From NCBI GenBank assembly GCA_965153355.1, contig OZ231126.1, forward strand, positions 558,001 through 622,000: DNA of 64,000 nucleotides, in the 5' to 3' direction. Position numbers and translations under genes: made by a program. This document shows positions 24,193 through 38,800 of this stretch, piece after piece; position 1 is the stretch's first letter; every line of letters starts with the position of its first letter. The notes beneath the pieces are model-generated. The model made no database searches. It was not told the origin of the DNA and was given only the letters and a program-made list of their open reading frames with translations. This DNA is from Flaccisagitta enflata. Lineage: Eukaryota.

Positions 24193-25492
24193 GAATGGAT
24201 GATGATGATGAGAATGGATGATGATGATGATGATGATGATGAGAATGGATGATGATGATGAGGAGGAGGATGATGATGATGATGATGATTATGAGAATGA
24301 GGATTATGAGGATGATGATGATTAGGATAATGATTAGTATAATGATGATGATTAGGATGGTGATAATGATTAGGATGGTGGTGATGATGATAAGGATGGT
24401 GGTGGTGGTGATGATGATGATGGTAGTAATGATGATAATTAGGATGGTGTAAACAATGATGATGATTAGGATGGCGGTAGTAATGATGATTGGGATGGTG
24501 GTGGTGATGATGATCATAAGGAGGGTGACGACGACGATTAGAATGGTGATCATGACAATTAAGAATACGGGATGATTATGATACGGATGATGACATTATG
24601 CTGATGATGATAATGACGATCATGATGACGACGAAAATGACGATGGTGACGATGGTGATGATGGTACTGAACAACCGATGACGTTGTTGATGAGCATGGT
24701 GGAGATTTTGATGACGGATGAGATGAGTGGATGGGGTTGATGAAGATGACGGTGCTGATGATGATAATGACGATTTTGTTGTTGAGTGGATGATGGTGCT
24801 AACAATGATGAGGATGATGATGACGACGATGATTATGATGAGGACAATGATGATTATGAGGACAATGATGATTATGATGAGGACAATGATGATGAGGACG
24901 ATGATGGTAATGAGGAGGAGGATGAGGATGAGGATGATGAGGACGAGGAGGAGGATGATGATGAGGACGACGACGACGAGGATGATGATGAGGACGATGA
25001 GAAGGAAGGGAAGTTCGACGATGTTGAATGGAGCTCGACGAGCTAGTAGACACTCTTACTTGCCTGTGTAGTTACAGCAGTGAGGCGAGCCTCTAGAGGA
25101 GGCGTGGTGCCTATCACGATCACGATGAGGATGATGATGATGACGATGACGACGATGTCATGGGGACAATGACGACAATGTCATGAGGGCGATGATGACG
25201 ATGATGATGTCATGAGGACGATGATGACGACGATGTCTTGAGGACGATGATGACGACGATGATGTCTTGAGGACGATGATGATGACGACAATGTCACGAG
25301 GACGATGATGACGACAATGTCATGAGGACGATGACGATGATGATGACGATGATGATGATGACGATGATGATGATGATGAGGATGATGATAAGCACGAGGG
25401 TGATGATGATGATGATGACGAGGATGATGACATGAGGACGATGAGGATGATGACTACGACGATGAGGACGATGATGATGATGGTGATGATGG

Positions 25493-25534
<42 letters not shown>

Positions 25535-28142
25535 CAACAACCATGATTATGTATTGATGATGGTGATTATAAATTGACGATGGTGATTATGAATTGACGA
25601 TGGTGATGATGATGAACTGATGACAATGAAATGATGATGAATTGATGACGATGAATTGATGACGATGAAGTGATGACGATGAAGTGATGATGAAATGATG
25701 ATGACGATGATGAAATGATGATGAAATGATGATGACGATGATGAAATGATGATGATGATGAAATGATGATGATGATGAATTGATGATGATGATGAATTGA
25801 TGATGATGATGAATTGACAATGATGATGATTAAGGTAACTTGACAATGCACGATGATGATGATAATGAATTGACGATGATGATGCTTAAGGTAAATTGAC
25901 AATGCACGATGATGATCAATGGTAAATTGACGATGGCTAATTGACGATGATGATGATGCTGATGATTGGATATTGGCGGTGACGATGATAATTATGATGA
26001 GAACTATGGTTGATTGGTGGATTGGTGGATGATGATGATGCAAGGGAGATGACGTTAAAAGTCATCCTCTAATGCTTTTGAGTAATGCTCTGTCCATCAA
26101 CAGGTTCAATCTCCGACGGCTTCCTCAACTTCCGCATCCTCATCGTCATCCTCGCCAACGGCGTCATCTTCATCAACGGCGTCGTCGAAATCGTTTCATT
26201 GTCGTTGGATAGGCTGCAAAGTGTTTGATCGTGCGGCTTCGTCTTTCAATTGGTTGGAACGGCATTACGTCACTCACGCGGGCGCCAACGCTTTTAAATG
26301 CATCATCGGCAAATGCTTCCGTCGATTCAACTCACAACAGGCCCTCCAACGCCACGTCAACCATCATTTCAAAGGTATTTCTTTCAGACATCTCTTTTTT
26401 TTTCATGTCATCGAAGTGATGTGCTTGTCCCTTGTGTGTACAAACGTTTTTAAGCGAGTGCTTCTGTACGTATGCGTTAGTTTGGCCTCTGTGGAAGCTG
26501 GTGAGTACGAAGGAAATTGCTTTGACCCCTTTATACACCACGTTTCACGGGATTGGGTGTGGTTGGGTTGGTCAATGAGGGTAAACCTAGTTACTGCACT
26601 TTATTTTTTCTAAGAAAAAAATGTTAGGTATTTGTAATTATGATTCTTATTAATTATGCTAATTTCCACCCCCTGTACCTTTCTGTGAACGCAGGAATTA
26701 AGCCATCATTTTTCCCTTTAGCAAAAATAGTGAGTGTCTCTTTTCACCCTTTTTATAGCAAAAGTTGGTGGAATGTTTGCATCCGATTTAAATAGTATAC
26801 ACGGAAAAGATATTTGATTTTTTAGTCGCGTGCTACGCGACTCTACATCCCGCTTTGTCGATCGGTCTGTCCGTCGGTCTGTCACACTTTTCTTTTTTGG
26901 GTTTTTGCGGTCTTCGGCCTCACTGCTCCTGCCAAAGTGATCAATGACCTCAAATACGGCCCCTGCCCACCCGCACGCGACTGGGGTAGCTGTGTATCCG
27001 GCCTTGTTTTATTAAAGTTTTGTAAATACTCATGGAAGTGAAAAACTGAACTTTTGCTATGTGAAGCGCCAAAAATGTTCCTCACAATCTCTTCCAATTC
27101 TTGAACTCTTTCCCATTCCGTTTTTGTTTCCAGGGTCAGTGGGAGGTGATTCTGAGTTGGACGGAGGTCATTTGTCACGTTCTGGCGCCGACGCCATTTC
27201 TTCCGCCTCGCGCAGTCGAGATGGAACGCCAACCAAGATATCTTCCAAGAAAAAGAAAACGCTCAAAGTCAGACTCAGACGCGTCGGTAAGATGGATTCC
27301 TCGATCAGATACAGTACAGATGTCGTCTAAACTTGGAAATACGGGGGAATTCATAACAGGAAAAAAAATAACCATGAAAGACTGATATTTGGAATATAAA
27401 CTAATAAAGGATTCAGGATGTTTATTGCTCATGAGTGTTGGTTGCCATGGAAACACATTTTCATGTGTTCACGCTAAAGTATCAATATTTTGAGAAATTT
27501 TTTGAGGAAACATTGTTTAAAATAAGATTTACTACAACTTTCTCAAAATATATTCCATAATGATAGTTTTAGTTTGGCAGTTGCTAGGGAGCATCACAGG
27601 GCTGTCAAACATAGTTACGCTCCTTAGCAATGGCTAAACGAGTGACATTCTTACAGAACATATTGTGAGAAAGTTGTAGCAAATCTTATTTTAAACAATA
27701 TTCCCTAAAAGATACTCTCAAAATATTCATACTTTAGCGTGAATACATGTAAATGTGTTTTCATGGCAACCACCACCCATGGGTAATAAAGCATCCTTCT
27801 ATTAGTTCATATTCCAAATATCAGTCTCTTAAGTATATTTGTCTTCTTTTAATGAATTCCCCCGTGTTTCCAAGTCTAGACGACATCTACTGTGTATACA
27901 GATTTATGTGTGCAATCGTTTATTCTGCCATTCATTCGCTCGTTCACCCGCCGTTTCATGTTTCATTCGTCATTTCTTTCTCTTTGACTAGGAAAGCCTA
28001 TTCTGTCTCTGTCTGTCTTTTTAGTTGCGGACACGCAACTCTCATAAGAGGCTTTGTCTGTCCGCTTCTCGTCCTTCCGGGTCCGTCCGTGGTGATCGAG
28101 TTGGGAAGTGTTGGAAACGCGCAAAACCTGTCTGTCTGTCTA

Positions 28143-28187
<45 letters not shown>

Positions 28188-28216
28188 CTTTCTCTCTCTC
28201 TCTCTCTCTTTTTTTT

Positions 28217-28259
<43 letters not shown>

Positions 28260-28332
28260 CTCTCTCTTTTTCTTTTCTTTCTTTCTTTCTTCTTCTTTCT
28301 CTCTCTCTCTCTCTTCTTTCTCTTTCCTCTTT

Positions 28333-28368
<36 letters not shown>

Positions 28369-29049
28369 TTGCTTCCGCTCTCGCTCTTTGCTTAACGTCA
28401 AAATCTATCTTCTCCCTAACCACTCCTTTGCTTCTTGTCTTTCTAAATTTTAAGCACTCTTAATGGTTCATGGTCATCTTGTCCAGTCAGCGCATATTTG
28501 AAGATAGAAAACTTTCCCTCCCAAAGAGGCGCTCATTTTGAAGCTTTTCACGTGTAGATCAAGCAATTTGTCTATATATTTCTATACGTCTTTCTATCGC
28601 TAGAAAACGTGCCCTCCCAAAGAGGTGCTCATTTTGAAGCTTTTTATGTGTAGATCAAGCAAATTGTTTATGTTTCTATCTGTCTTTCTATCGCTATTGA
28701 TGCTTATTTTCCTCAAATTCGTTTCTTCCACTCTCATTTTTCCTCTTTTCAGTTGAATTTGAGGATTTCATGGATACTCAGTCTGCGGAGGTGTTAAAGC
28801 ATCGCCTTTTCCGACTAGAACGATTTTGTCAGTCAGAAACCGTCCTTCCTCGCTCTCCCGCTGTCATCGGCTATAACGACGACGACGACAACAACCAGGA
28901 TGACACCAACGTGGACAGTGGCTGCGACATCGAAACTAACGCCGTCGATAATGATGACATACTGTCAGCGTTGGCTGGACACGACGAGTTGGGAAAGGAA
29001 GACAAGAAGAATGACGAACATGTCATCGTCGGCGGCGGCGGACGGCTTC

Positions 29050-29105
<56 letters not shown>

Positions 29106-29131
29106 ACAACAACAATAACAACAACAACAAC

Positions 29132-29179
<48 letters not shown>

Positions 29180-30181
29180 CCTAACGACAGCTCCATGACA
29201 ACGACAAGGCCGTCTCGTAGTTCCGCTAGATTGACGTCATTAACAAAGACAGCAAAAACTACAGCATCACCCAACTATCAATCGCTTTCGGATCATAACC
29301 GCTCTGCCGACAACGATGGTGATGACGAGGGAATAGTCGAGACTCGTGGAGATGAAGTTTACGAACGTCGAATGAATGTCGTCGTCGCTCCCAGGGTGAG
29401 GATACGGCCAAACCTCATCTATTGAAAGAGACTATTCTAAAACTGGTTATTGTTATCAATCCTCAGTCAATTGTCTCGCTCTATGAATTGCTTGCTGCTT
29501 GCTGCTTGCGACCGGTCCGTCCGGCACTCTATCTGGCAGTCAGTAAAACTTTTCGGCAATTCTTTTCGGATTTTCCGGGCGGTTTTAGCATCATTCCCTT
29601 TACAGTTCTACCAAAATGGTTGATTGTGCTCGATTGGTTATAAAAATTAATCTTGTCTAGCCAGCCTAGTATGGCCGTGTATATGCGGAAGAGAGAGAGA
29701 GAGAAGGAGAGAGAGAAGGAGAGAGAGAAGGAGAGAGAGGAGGAGAGAGAGGAGAAGAGGAGAAGGAGAGAGGAGAGAGAGGAAGGAGAGAGAGAGGAGA
29801 GAGAGAAGGAGAGAGAGAAGGAGAGAGAGAAGGAGAGAGAGAAGGAGAGAGAGAAGGAGAGAGAGAAGGAGAGAGAGAAGGGAGAGAGAAGGAGAGAGAG
29901 AAGGAGAGAGACAAGGAGAGAGACAAGGAGAGAGACAAGGAGAGAGACAAGGAGAGAGACAAGGAGAGAGAGAAGGAGAGAGAGAAGGAGAGAGAGAAGG
30001 AGAGAGAGAAGGAGAGAGAGAAGGAGAGAGAGAAGGAGAGAGAGAAGGAGAGAGAGAAGGAGAGAGAGAAGGAGAGAGAAGGAGAGAGAGAAGGAGAGAG
30101 AGAAGGGAGAAAGAGAGAGAAGGAGAGAGAGAAGGGAGAGAGAGAAGGAGAGAGAGAGAGAGAGAGAAGGAGAGAGAGAAG

Positions 30182-30271
<90 letters not shown>

Positions 30272-30659
30272 AGAGAGAGAAGGAGAGAGAGAAGGAGAGA
30301 GAGAAGGAGAGAGAGAAGGAGAGAGAGAAGGAGAGAGAAGGAGAGAGAGAAGCAGAGAGAGAAGGAGAGAGAGGAGAAGGAGAGAGAGAAGGAGAGAGAG
30401 AAGGAGAGAGAGAAGGAGAGAGAGAAGGAGAGACACACACACAGACAGACAGACAGACAGACAGTCAGAGACACACACACACACACACACACAGACAGTC
30501 AGAGACACACACACACACACAGACAGACAGTCAGAGAGACACACACACACAGACAGACAGACAGTCAGAGAGACACACACACAGACAGACAGACAGTCAG
30601 AGAGACACACACACAGACAGACAGACAGAGAGAGACACACACACAGACAGACAGACAGA

Positions 30660-30755
<96 letters not shown>

Positions 30756-31012
30756 GACAGACAGAGAGAGACACACACACACAGACAGACAGACAGAGAG
30801 ACACACACGCACACACAGAGGGAGACACACAGAGCGAGGCACACGCACACACAGAGGGAGACACGCAGAGCGAGGCACACGCACACACACGCAGGGACAC
30901 AGAGAGACACAGAGAGACACAGAGAGACACAGAGTGACATACACTACACACACACACACACACACACACGCGCGCGCACACGCACACGCGAACACACGCG
31001 CACACGCGCACA

Positions 31013-31071
<59 letters not shown>

Positions 31072-31370
31072 ACACACACACACACACAGATATACACACA
31101 CACACACACAGATATACACAGATACACACACACAGATATACATACACACAGACACACACATAGACACAGACATTCACACACACAGTCATACATTCACACA
31201 GACATACATACACACAGATATACATACACACAGACATACATTCACACACAGACACACAGACATACACACACACAGACATACATTCACACAGTCCTAGATT
31301 CACACAGACATACATACACACAGACATACATACACACAGACATACATACACACAGACTTACACACAGACA

Positions 31371-31438
<68 letters not shown>

Positions 31439-32907
31439 CATACACTATAAATTGTGAGAAAAAAGATGATGAGTGAGAAGGTAAAAAAAAGCATGCACCA
31501 ACGAAATTAAACGAAAATAAGAAGGCAAAATAATACTTAGTCATAGAAACGAAAATGATTTAAATGAATAACGAAGATGTGAAGATAAATGAGGATAATT
31601 GTCCAGTTGGGCAGGCTTGATATGCCGAATTTGGAATCAGGCAATAACTATAACAGCTGATATGCAGACAGATCAACCAAATGATGGGATCGCGTGCATG
31701 TGGAAAAACATGGAAATCCGATGACTAATTGCTGTTATGGTTTTACATAGTTAAGTTGTTGGAAATGAGCAATAAATCCAGTAGACCCTCTCTCACAGCA
31801 CCATGTGTTTTCTTCTAATCAGGTTGTTGGAAAGAGAAAATCGAATCTTGGCGAAGAGTACTTAATTTCATGGAGGTCCAAGCTCAAGTAAGTGGCACGC
31901 CTTCATGAATTTTCATGTCAAGAATGACATGCCAGGAAACTTTTCAACAATTACTTGGGAGGCTTTGTCCGTTGGTCCGCCCGTGGATCACGCTTGTTGG
32001 ACTAAACGAACACGCATTTAGTTTGCATGCTCGGTGTGTGTGTCGGGGGGTTGTACGCCCTTACCCACCCGTCCGCAACGATATAGAAACCTCTGGTTTC
32101 TTGTTTGTTTACCCCTTTTGCAGTTGAGAATTCCCCATGTGATTTGCTCTATTTCATTCATTTACACCTTTAATTTTCTAGTTTCTTCCTTCATTTTCTC
32201 TTTTGTTAATTAAAAAATGAATGCATTTGCTCAATTCATTCACATTCATGGCAAATCTATCTCGGTCTCTTTCTCTCTTTTTCTTCCCATACATCGATTC
32301 TCATGTCCACTCATTCACTTGATCTTCACTTTATCTTTCGTTCATTTCAACTATCTTATTAAGTAATGTATTGACTCTACTATCTTTCAATATCCATACA
32401 TTTTAATAGTATTGACTTAAGATTTTTTAATTCATTCATTGATTCATCTATGATAAGGGCGTCTTCTTGTATTTATTCATTCATTATTCATTCATTATTC
32501 ATTCATTGATCCATTAAATATGGTGGCGTTATTTTTCATTTAGTCTCCTGTTTGTTCATTCGTTCATTCATTCGTTCATTTATTCGCTCATTCATTCGTT
32601 CATTCATTCGTTCATTTGTTCATTCATTAAACAATTTATGAAAATGACGTCCAACTTTATTTATCCATCTATTCGTTCATTCATCAATGGCGCGCGTTAT
32701 TGTCTATGCAATTATCTCTTGATCCATTAAAGAAGATTGGGGTCGTCTTCCATTTTCAGGTTACGTGACGCGTGGATTCCTTCCGGTCTAGGACGACATT
32801 TTTCACCGAGTGTGTTCCCGATTGCGCTGCTTCCCAACGAGACCAAACTCGCCTTCCCAGACAAAGTCTACAAATCGCATAGATTCAGACCAACACGCAG
32901 AAAATGA
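19178..32907 (+). CDS. AEBP2: AEBP2/jing-like C2H2 zinc-finger PRC2 accessory subunit, multi-exon
   Basis: Coding exons 19178-21522, 22050-22141, 22978-23137, 23427-23505, 26104-26374, 27134-27286, 28753-29395, 31823-31887 and 32760-32907, all GT-AG with matching phases. They encode three fingers ([47 protein letters not shown]), a KR-rich motif, [21 protein letters not shown]...LISW and LRDAWIP...LLP...KVY, in the AEBP2 order. One frameshift lies within (CAA)n. Confidence 0.9.
22050..22141 (+). CDS. AEBP2-like exon
   Basis: ttacag|[30 protein letters not shown]|gtacat; bridges phase 2 to phase 1. Confidence 0.78.
22232..22830. mobile_element. Foldback-like MITE, TA TSD
   Basis: TIR CAGTACGATGGGAGCAATGA; arms remain complementary for most of the length. 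Confidence 0.85.
22978..23137 (+). CDS. AEBP2-like exon (start of finger 1)
   Basis: gaacag|DSLSRQ...AVTCR|gtctgg. Confidence 0.82.
23427..23505 (+). CDS. AEBP2-like exon (finger 1)
   Basis: tcacag|[26 protein letters not shown]|gtaagt. Confidence 0.9.
23652..26040. repeat. Compound (GAT)n-derived microsatellite filling an AEBP2 intron
   Basis: Direct reading; includes 18-bp higher-order units. Confidence 0.95.
26104..26374 (+). CDS. AEBP2-like exon (fingers 2 and 3)
   Basis: caacag|VQSP...[60 protein letters not shown]|gtattt. Confidence 0.93.
26817..27010 (+). mobile_element. DINE-1/Helentron-like repeat copy
   Basis: Same structure as 16311-16519. Confidence 0.75.
27134..27286 (+). CDS. 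AEBP2-like exon (KR-rich motif)
   Basis: ttccag|GSVGG...[20 protein letters not shown]|gtaaga. Confidence 0.88.
27311..27894. mobile_element. Foldback-like MITE
   Basis: agatgtcgtctaaacttggaaatacgggggaattc pairs with gaattcccccgtgtttccaagtctagacgacatct; long complementary arms. Confidence 0.8.
28753..29395 (+). CDS. AEBP2-like exon with polyQ tract and apparent frameshift
   Basis: tttcag|[18 protein letters not shown]...(CAA)n...MNVVVAPR|gtgagg; the two halves are in different frames. Confidence 0.75.
29687..31440. repeat. Compound (GA)n/(CA)n microsatellite in an AEBP2 intron
   Basis: Direct reading. Confidence 0.95.
31823..31887 (+). CDS. AEBP2-like exon
   Basis: aatcag|[21 protein letters not shown]|gtaagt. 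Confidence 0.85.
32760..32907 (+). CDS. AEBP2-like terminal coding exon
   Basis: tttcag|[48 protein letters not shown]. Confidence 0.87.
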
Positions 32908-34923
32908 TTTGGGGATTCTGACTAGGAAATACAGGACAATTTATATTAGGAAGACGAAGCCTAGACAACATCTTCTTTATGAGAAGGGAAGGAATGGGTT
33001 ATGTGATGGGTAATGCGAGAGGTGGGGCCGGGGAATTGGGGTTTTAATCGGAGGGGTGCGTGGTCAACTTGCCAAAAAGATTTCGCGAATAATGGAGGAA
33101 AATGATATTTGAACCCACAAACCTTGGGCGCTAATATGGATTCCAGATAAATGTTACTCTGGACATTACGGATGTAGATCTATTTCTTTTTAAAATGTTT
33201 CCTTTTCAATGGTAAAAAAATAAAAAAAAATATGATCAATGAACAGATCTTTCACAATGTTTATAGAAAGAGAGATCTTTGACACCTTTTGAGACAGGGG
33301 GAGTATTTTTGGTGAGTTACAAATTCCTTGAAAAACAGGCCACCCGCCTTTTAATCTCATTTACATTTTCAGTGAGTACACCTGTGCTTTTGCATAGATT
33401 TCAACATAATATCTCAGGTCTTTGATAGATGAGTGCCGCCGACCATAATTAAATTCCAAAGAGACCCTTCCATCCACCCCCCTCCGTCCATCTAAAAAAC
33501 CTTGGACGGGATGAAATTTACCATCTCTGACCGAGCACATCTGCAGTGTATCTTTGCTCGCATGTTGTCCGGGGATTGTCATACTTAGGCCATTGCTACG
33601 CGGCAAGGACTTTGTCCTATTACCCAAAACTCAAATCTTCCGAGTATCCTCACGATTCATTCTCTCACCCGCACGTTTCTTCACTACCATGCCAGCGAAC
33701 GAATTCCCCAATTTACCCGGCTACTCTCACCAACCAAAAATCTCCATGACACAAAAAAACAATGGAAACATCATCTTTTTGTTACGTTAAGTCACAGAAC
33801 AAATGAAGGCCAAATTTGACAACCAGTTCTAATTATTGACTTGATCGTCTTATCATTCAGCTTTTTTTTTTTGCATATCAGATAGCCTGAATATATTATT
33901 TTTCATGCAGAAAATCATAATTAAAAAAAGAATGTTCTTTTACACTTAAGAACCATTTATGAGAAATATTTTGACACATCAGAATTTGTCTCCGTTTGCA
34001 CTGTGACGTCAGTTCCTTGAAACTTTTATGTAATTCTTCTTCTTCTAACTTCCAAAAGTGCTGGTTATACTTCTCACATACGTCCGTGTTTCTTTTAAAT
34101 CATGGCTTGATAGTTGATAAAAAAAAAACTAGTTCATTTTTCTTTTCAGTGAATGTCTAGACATGAATGTTAGGAAAAGTTGGTGAAATCTGTTGCTACT
34201 TTAGTTTTGGTCCAACGATTCGCTACATGGAGGAGAACTTTATTCGGTTTTACCGGATTTATTATTTCATAATCATGATCACTTTGCATCGCATTGCCGC
34301 GCAAGACAACAAATCAGATTCATATTGATAATTTTTCTTCTTTTACACGCCGCTGTCGCGCCGCTCGATTTTTTTTCCGAATTGTGCAAATTTTTAATTC
34401 CGTTAAATTTCTCAATCGCCGTTCTTTACAATTATTGACACATCGACTGACAAATTATCGATGTCTGAATGTCGATTACTGGTGATAACGCCGCGACCGC
34501 AGAAAAACACTGACATCAGATTCGTAAAACAAAAAAAGATTCGCAAAACGAGAAGATTCTATTTTTGATCATGTCAAGAAGGGATATTCCTTTTTCCGTT
34601 ATATTCCGATTTTTTTTTTTTGTTTTTGACGAAATGCTTTACTTTAAATAAGCGGAGATGTTACAGTTACACCGACGAAATTTATGCCGAGTGGATTACT
34701 GGATTGCAATTTATTGTTAGTATGCAATGATTATTGACACTACAGATAAATAAGGATTAATGGAATTATGGAAATGATCTTTCCGCGATTTATTTATTGA
34801 TGTAAACAGAATGTAGATAAAAATCGTAGGTTATAGTGATAGTGTACCACGGATTGGTTCTCGCATCTTTTCTCTCCTCATCACTCGTTTTATTTCTCTT
34901 GTCTGTGTGTCTGTCTCCCACAG

Positions 34924-34996
<73 letters not shown>

Positions 34997-35189
34997 TTTT
35001 CCCTCACCTCCCTCCTAACCCCACTCATGGTTGTTCTTTTTTTGAATGAGTCCTGATGTTTTAAGAAATAAAAATGTTTGGATTCTAGTACTTTGTTACT
35101 TATCTCTTCACCTTTCGCCCAGGAAGTTTCACGAGGGGAATTTTGAAAAGTTAGGTTCGACTATCAACTTAGTATTTGTGGAAAGAAAT

Positions 35190-35384
35190 GAAACAAGGCC
35201 GGATACACGGCTACCTCAGTCGGGTGCGGGTGGGCAGGGGCCGTATTTGAGTTCACTGGATCACTTGGGCTGAAGCAGTGAGGCCAAAGAACGCAAAAAC
35301 CCATAAAAAGACGGACGGACCGACGGACGGACCGACGGACGGACCGACAAAGGGGGGTGTAGTCGCGTAGCACGCGACTAAAAA
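35190..35384 (-). mobile_element. DINE-1/Helentron-like repeat copy
   Basis: Reverse orientation of the same structure. Confidence 0.75.
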
Positions 35385-35855
35385 GAAATATCCATTGTCA
35401 GGAAAGGGAAGGGAAAAGGTGGAACAATGAAGAAAAAGCCGGGAAAAGATAAAGACAGGCAGGCAGGCAGGTATGAAGGAAGGAAGGCAGGCAGGAAGGA
35501 AGGATGGAAGGAAAAATGGAAGAATAAAAGGGAAACGCTAAGAGAGAGAAGATCTGAACCTGTCCACTTATACGGTTATCGCATTGATAATGCAGAGACG
35601 ACTGGTGAATATTAGATAAATTTGAGTATGCCCCCCACAAGGTTTTTCAGCCGTCAATAACAAAACAATTAAACCGGGAATGGGGTGATCTTTACTAATT
35701 TATGCGGATCTGGTTGTTAAGCTTTAGGCTTGGCTATGCCGAGGTCCCGGTTAGAAATGGAAGATTTTGGATTACGGATGTTAATAAGGCGGGATACACG
35801 GCTACCCCCGTCATGTGCAGATAGGCAGGGGCTGTTTTGAGGTCGCTAGAGCATC

Positions 35856-38800
35856 ATGATGTCCTCTTCTATGATGCCCTCAGCCTCGATGCCACTCTCC
35901 TCCTCCTCTTCATCCTCTGCAATGCCTCTTAATTCAATGCAGCGCGGAATGCTAAATGAATCCCCAACTGGCAGATCAGGTGATCATTCCAAATCCAAGC
36001 CACGCTTAAAACAAAAGCTTTAACCTTGTAAAGGTCCTGCGTTCAATTCTGCTACTGACACCACGTTGATTGCATGTCAAAGAGTTAAAACAAGGCCAAC
36101 ACCTCACAAGTCGCGTGAGGTCGTTAAGACTAAAACACTAAATGACTAAAAAACTAAATGACTAAATGACTAAATGACTACAAGACTAAAAGACTAAAAG
36201 ATTGAGCAGTAATGCAAAAGACGCCCAAAAATACCAAAAAAGCGACCGACCGACATAGCGGTTCATAGAGTTCCATAGCTTATGTTCTGATATTTTAGTT
36301 TATTTTTACAAACATCATGATTTTCTAAAACAAATAATTGTCCTTTTTGTAACAAAACTACATAGGATTTTGCTGAATTCTGAGAAATCTGTGAAAATTT
36401 TGGGGCCAAAACAAAAACGGAAGATAAAGGAATTTTGAAAAAAAGAAAATGGTCATCTTCATGACTTTTGCTCATCCACATTACCCAAGTAGGGTGAAGG
36501 GATGCTCCGAACTTTTGCTATGTGAAGCAAACGGAGGGTGCTCAACACTTTCATTCATTATCGGTTTGATTCTTTTGTCACCAATGTAATATCAAGCTTA
36601 CCTATAATTTCACTATTGGGGAAATTTCTCCTTCCACTTCTTCCTTTCCTCCTCCCATGTCCCCACCCGCGCTGAGACTCAAATCCCAGCCATGAGGCCC
36701 AAAGCCGAGCCTTGAGGCCCAACTCCCAGCCTTGAGGCCCAAATCCTAGCCTTGAGACCCAAATCCCCGCCTCGAGACCCAAATCCCCGCCTAGAGGCTC
36801 AATTCCAGCCTCAAATCCCAAATCCCAGTGTGGTGAACCAATTCCCAGGCTCGATGCCTAAATCTAAGCCCTAACACCTTAATCCCAGCTCCAAAGCCCT
36901 AATCTTCTTCCAAATTAACCCCTTAATCTAAAGAATGCTCCATAATCCCCCATACACCCAAGCATAGGCCATTGGTCCCATTGGCCCTCTCGCCATTTTA
37001 TCCTCACAAACACATACTTAGGGGCATCGGGTACCGTTGACTATCTAACGCTTTGGCGACTTTTTGTGGCTCAACTGTATTTTTTCGGGTAGGGGGTCGA
37101 AGGCAGCCAACTATTGATAGGCTGATGCTTGTCAAGATCGTTATGTCGTGCCTTTCAAGTATTGAGCAATCAATTGGTTCATTTTCGGAAACTCCTGCAG
37201 AGAGGAGCTCTCATTGTTTGTATTTATTTTGCAGGTTTTGTATACATGTTCCAGGGCGCACCTACACATAAACCACTTATCAAACCCCATATCCATACAT
37301 CCTCCTCTAACCATCCGCTCATTTTTCCATACATCTGCCCCTGGAACACACATCAAACTCCATATCCATACATCCATTTGCCTCCTGTATCCATCCGCTC
37401 ATCTTCTCATTCATCAGCACTTGGGGCAAACATTGAACCCTATATCCATACATCCATGTGCCTCCTGTATCCATCCGCCTATCTTTCCATAAATCTACCC
37501 CTCGAACATTGCCTTGGGCTCGTCTTCCTTTGCTTTCGCTTCATTTTCACTTCTACGCAAATGGTCACAGAATTTTTTTCCCTGCGCATTTTTCGGTTTC
37601 ATCAGTTTTTGCACATCTCGGCTTTTTTGTGGATCGCAGCGAAGCAAGATCCACTTAGTACTGGATAAATTTTTTTTTCTTTTCTCTTTTTTTCTCTTTT
37701 TTTTTTTTTTTCCGTCCTCACTCACCATCAAAACAAACAAACAATATTCTACAATTTTTTTCTACAAAGAATGTCCTCACTCACTATTTCCTAAGGATTT
37801 TTTTATCCCAAAGTGTTTGTAGGAGTCTTTTTTGTTTTCTCAATAGATATCCTCACTCACCAGACCCTTTTTCTTTGATAGTCTTTTATTTTTCTCTTCA
37901 AAGAATGTCCTCACTCACCATTTCTAAGGATTTTTTTTCATCCCAAAAATGTGACCTCACTCACCACTATCTTTTGTTTGTAGTAGTCTTTTTTTTTCTC
38001 ACTGATGTCCTCACTCACCAGACCCTTTGAGTCTTTGTTTTTCTCAAAGAATGTCCTCACTCACCAATTCTAATGATTTTTTCTTCCGAAAAGTGTGTCC
38101 TCACTCACCACTATCTTTTGTTTGTAGTAGTCTTTTTTTTTTCTCAATAGATGTCCTCACTCACCAGACCCTTTTTCTTTGATAGTCTTTTGTTTTTCAA
38201 AGAATGTCCTCACTCACTATGTCTAAGGATTTTTTTTCATCCCAAAAGTATGTCCTCACTCACCACTATCTTTTGTTTGTAGTAGTCTTTTTTTTTCTCA
38301 ATAGATGTCCTCACTCACCAGACCCTTTTTCTTTTATAGTCTTTTGTTTTTCAAAGAATGTCCTCACTCACCATTTCTAAAGATTTTTCTTCATCCCAAA
38401 AGTGTGTCCTCACTCACCACTATCTTTTGTTTGTAGTAGTCTTTTTTTTTCTCAATAGATGTCCTCACTCACCAGACCCTTTTTCTTTGATAGTCTTTTG
38501 TTTTTCTCTTCAAAGAATGTCCTCACTCACCAATTCTAAGGATTTTTTTTCATCCCAAAAGTGTGTCCTAACTCACCACTATCTTTTGTTTGTAGTAGTC
38601 TTTTTTTCTCAAGAGATGTCCTCACTCAACAGACCCTTTTTCTTCGATGGTCTTTTGTTTTTCTTTTCAAAGAATGTCCTCACTCACCTCACTATTTCTA
38701 AGGATTTTTTTTCATCCAAAAGTGTGTCCTCACTTACCACTATCTTTTGTTTGAGTAGTCTTTTTTTTCCTCTAAATAGATGTCCTCACTCACCAGACCC

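Noticed and set aside
23603-26043. Poly-Ile, poly-Met and acidic ORFs
   Set aside because: (GAT)n-derived intronic repeat between two in-phase AEBP2 zinc-finger exons.
28505-28695. Tandem duplication of about 100 bp upstream of an AEBP2 acceptor
   Set aside because: Does not include the splice site; no evident consequence.
29529-31544. 607-aa ER/HT-rich ORF and antisense ORFs
   Set aside because: (GA)n/(CA)n microsatellites lack stops by composition; intronic.
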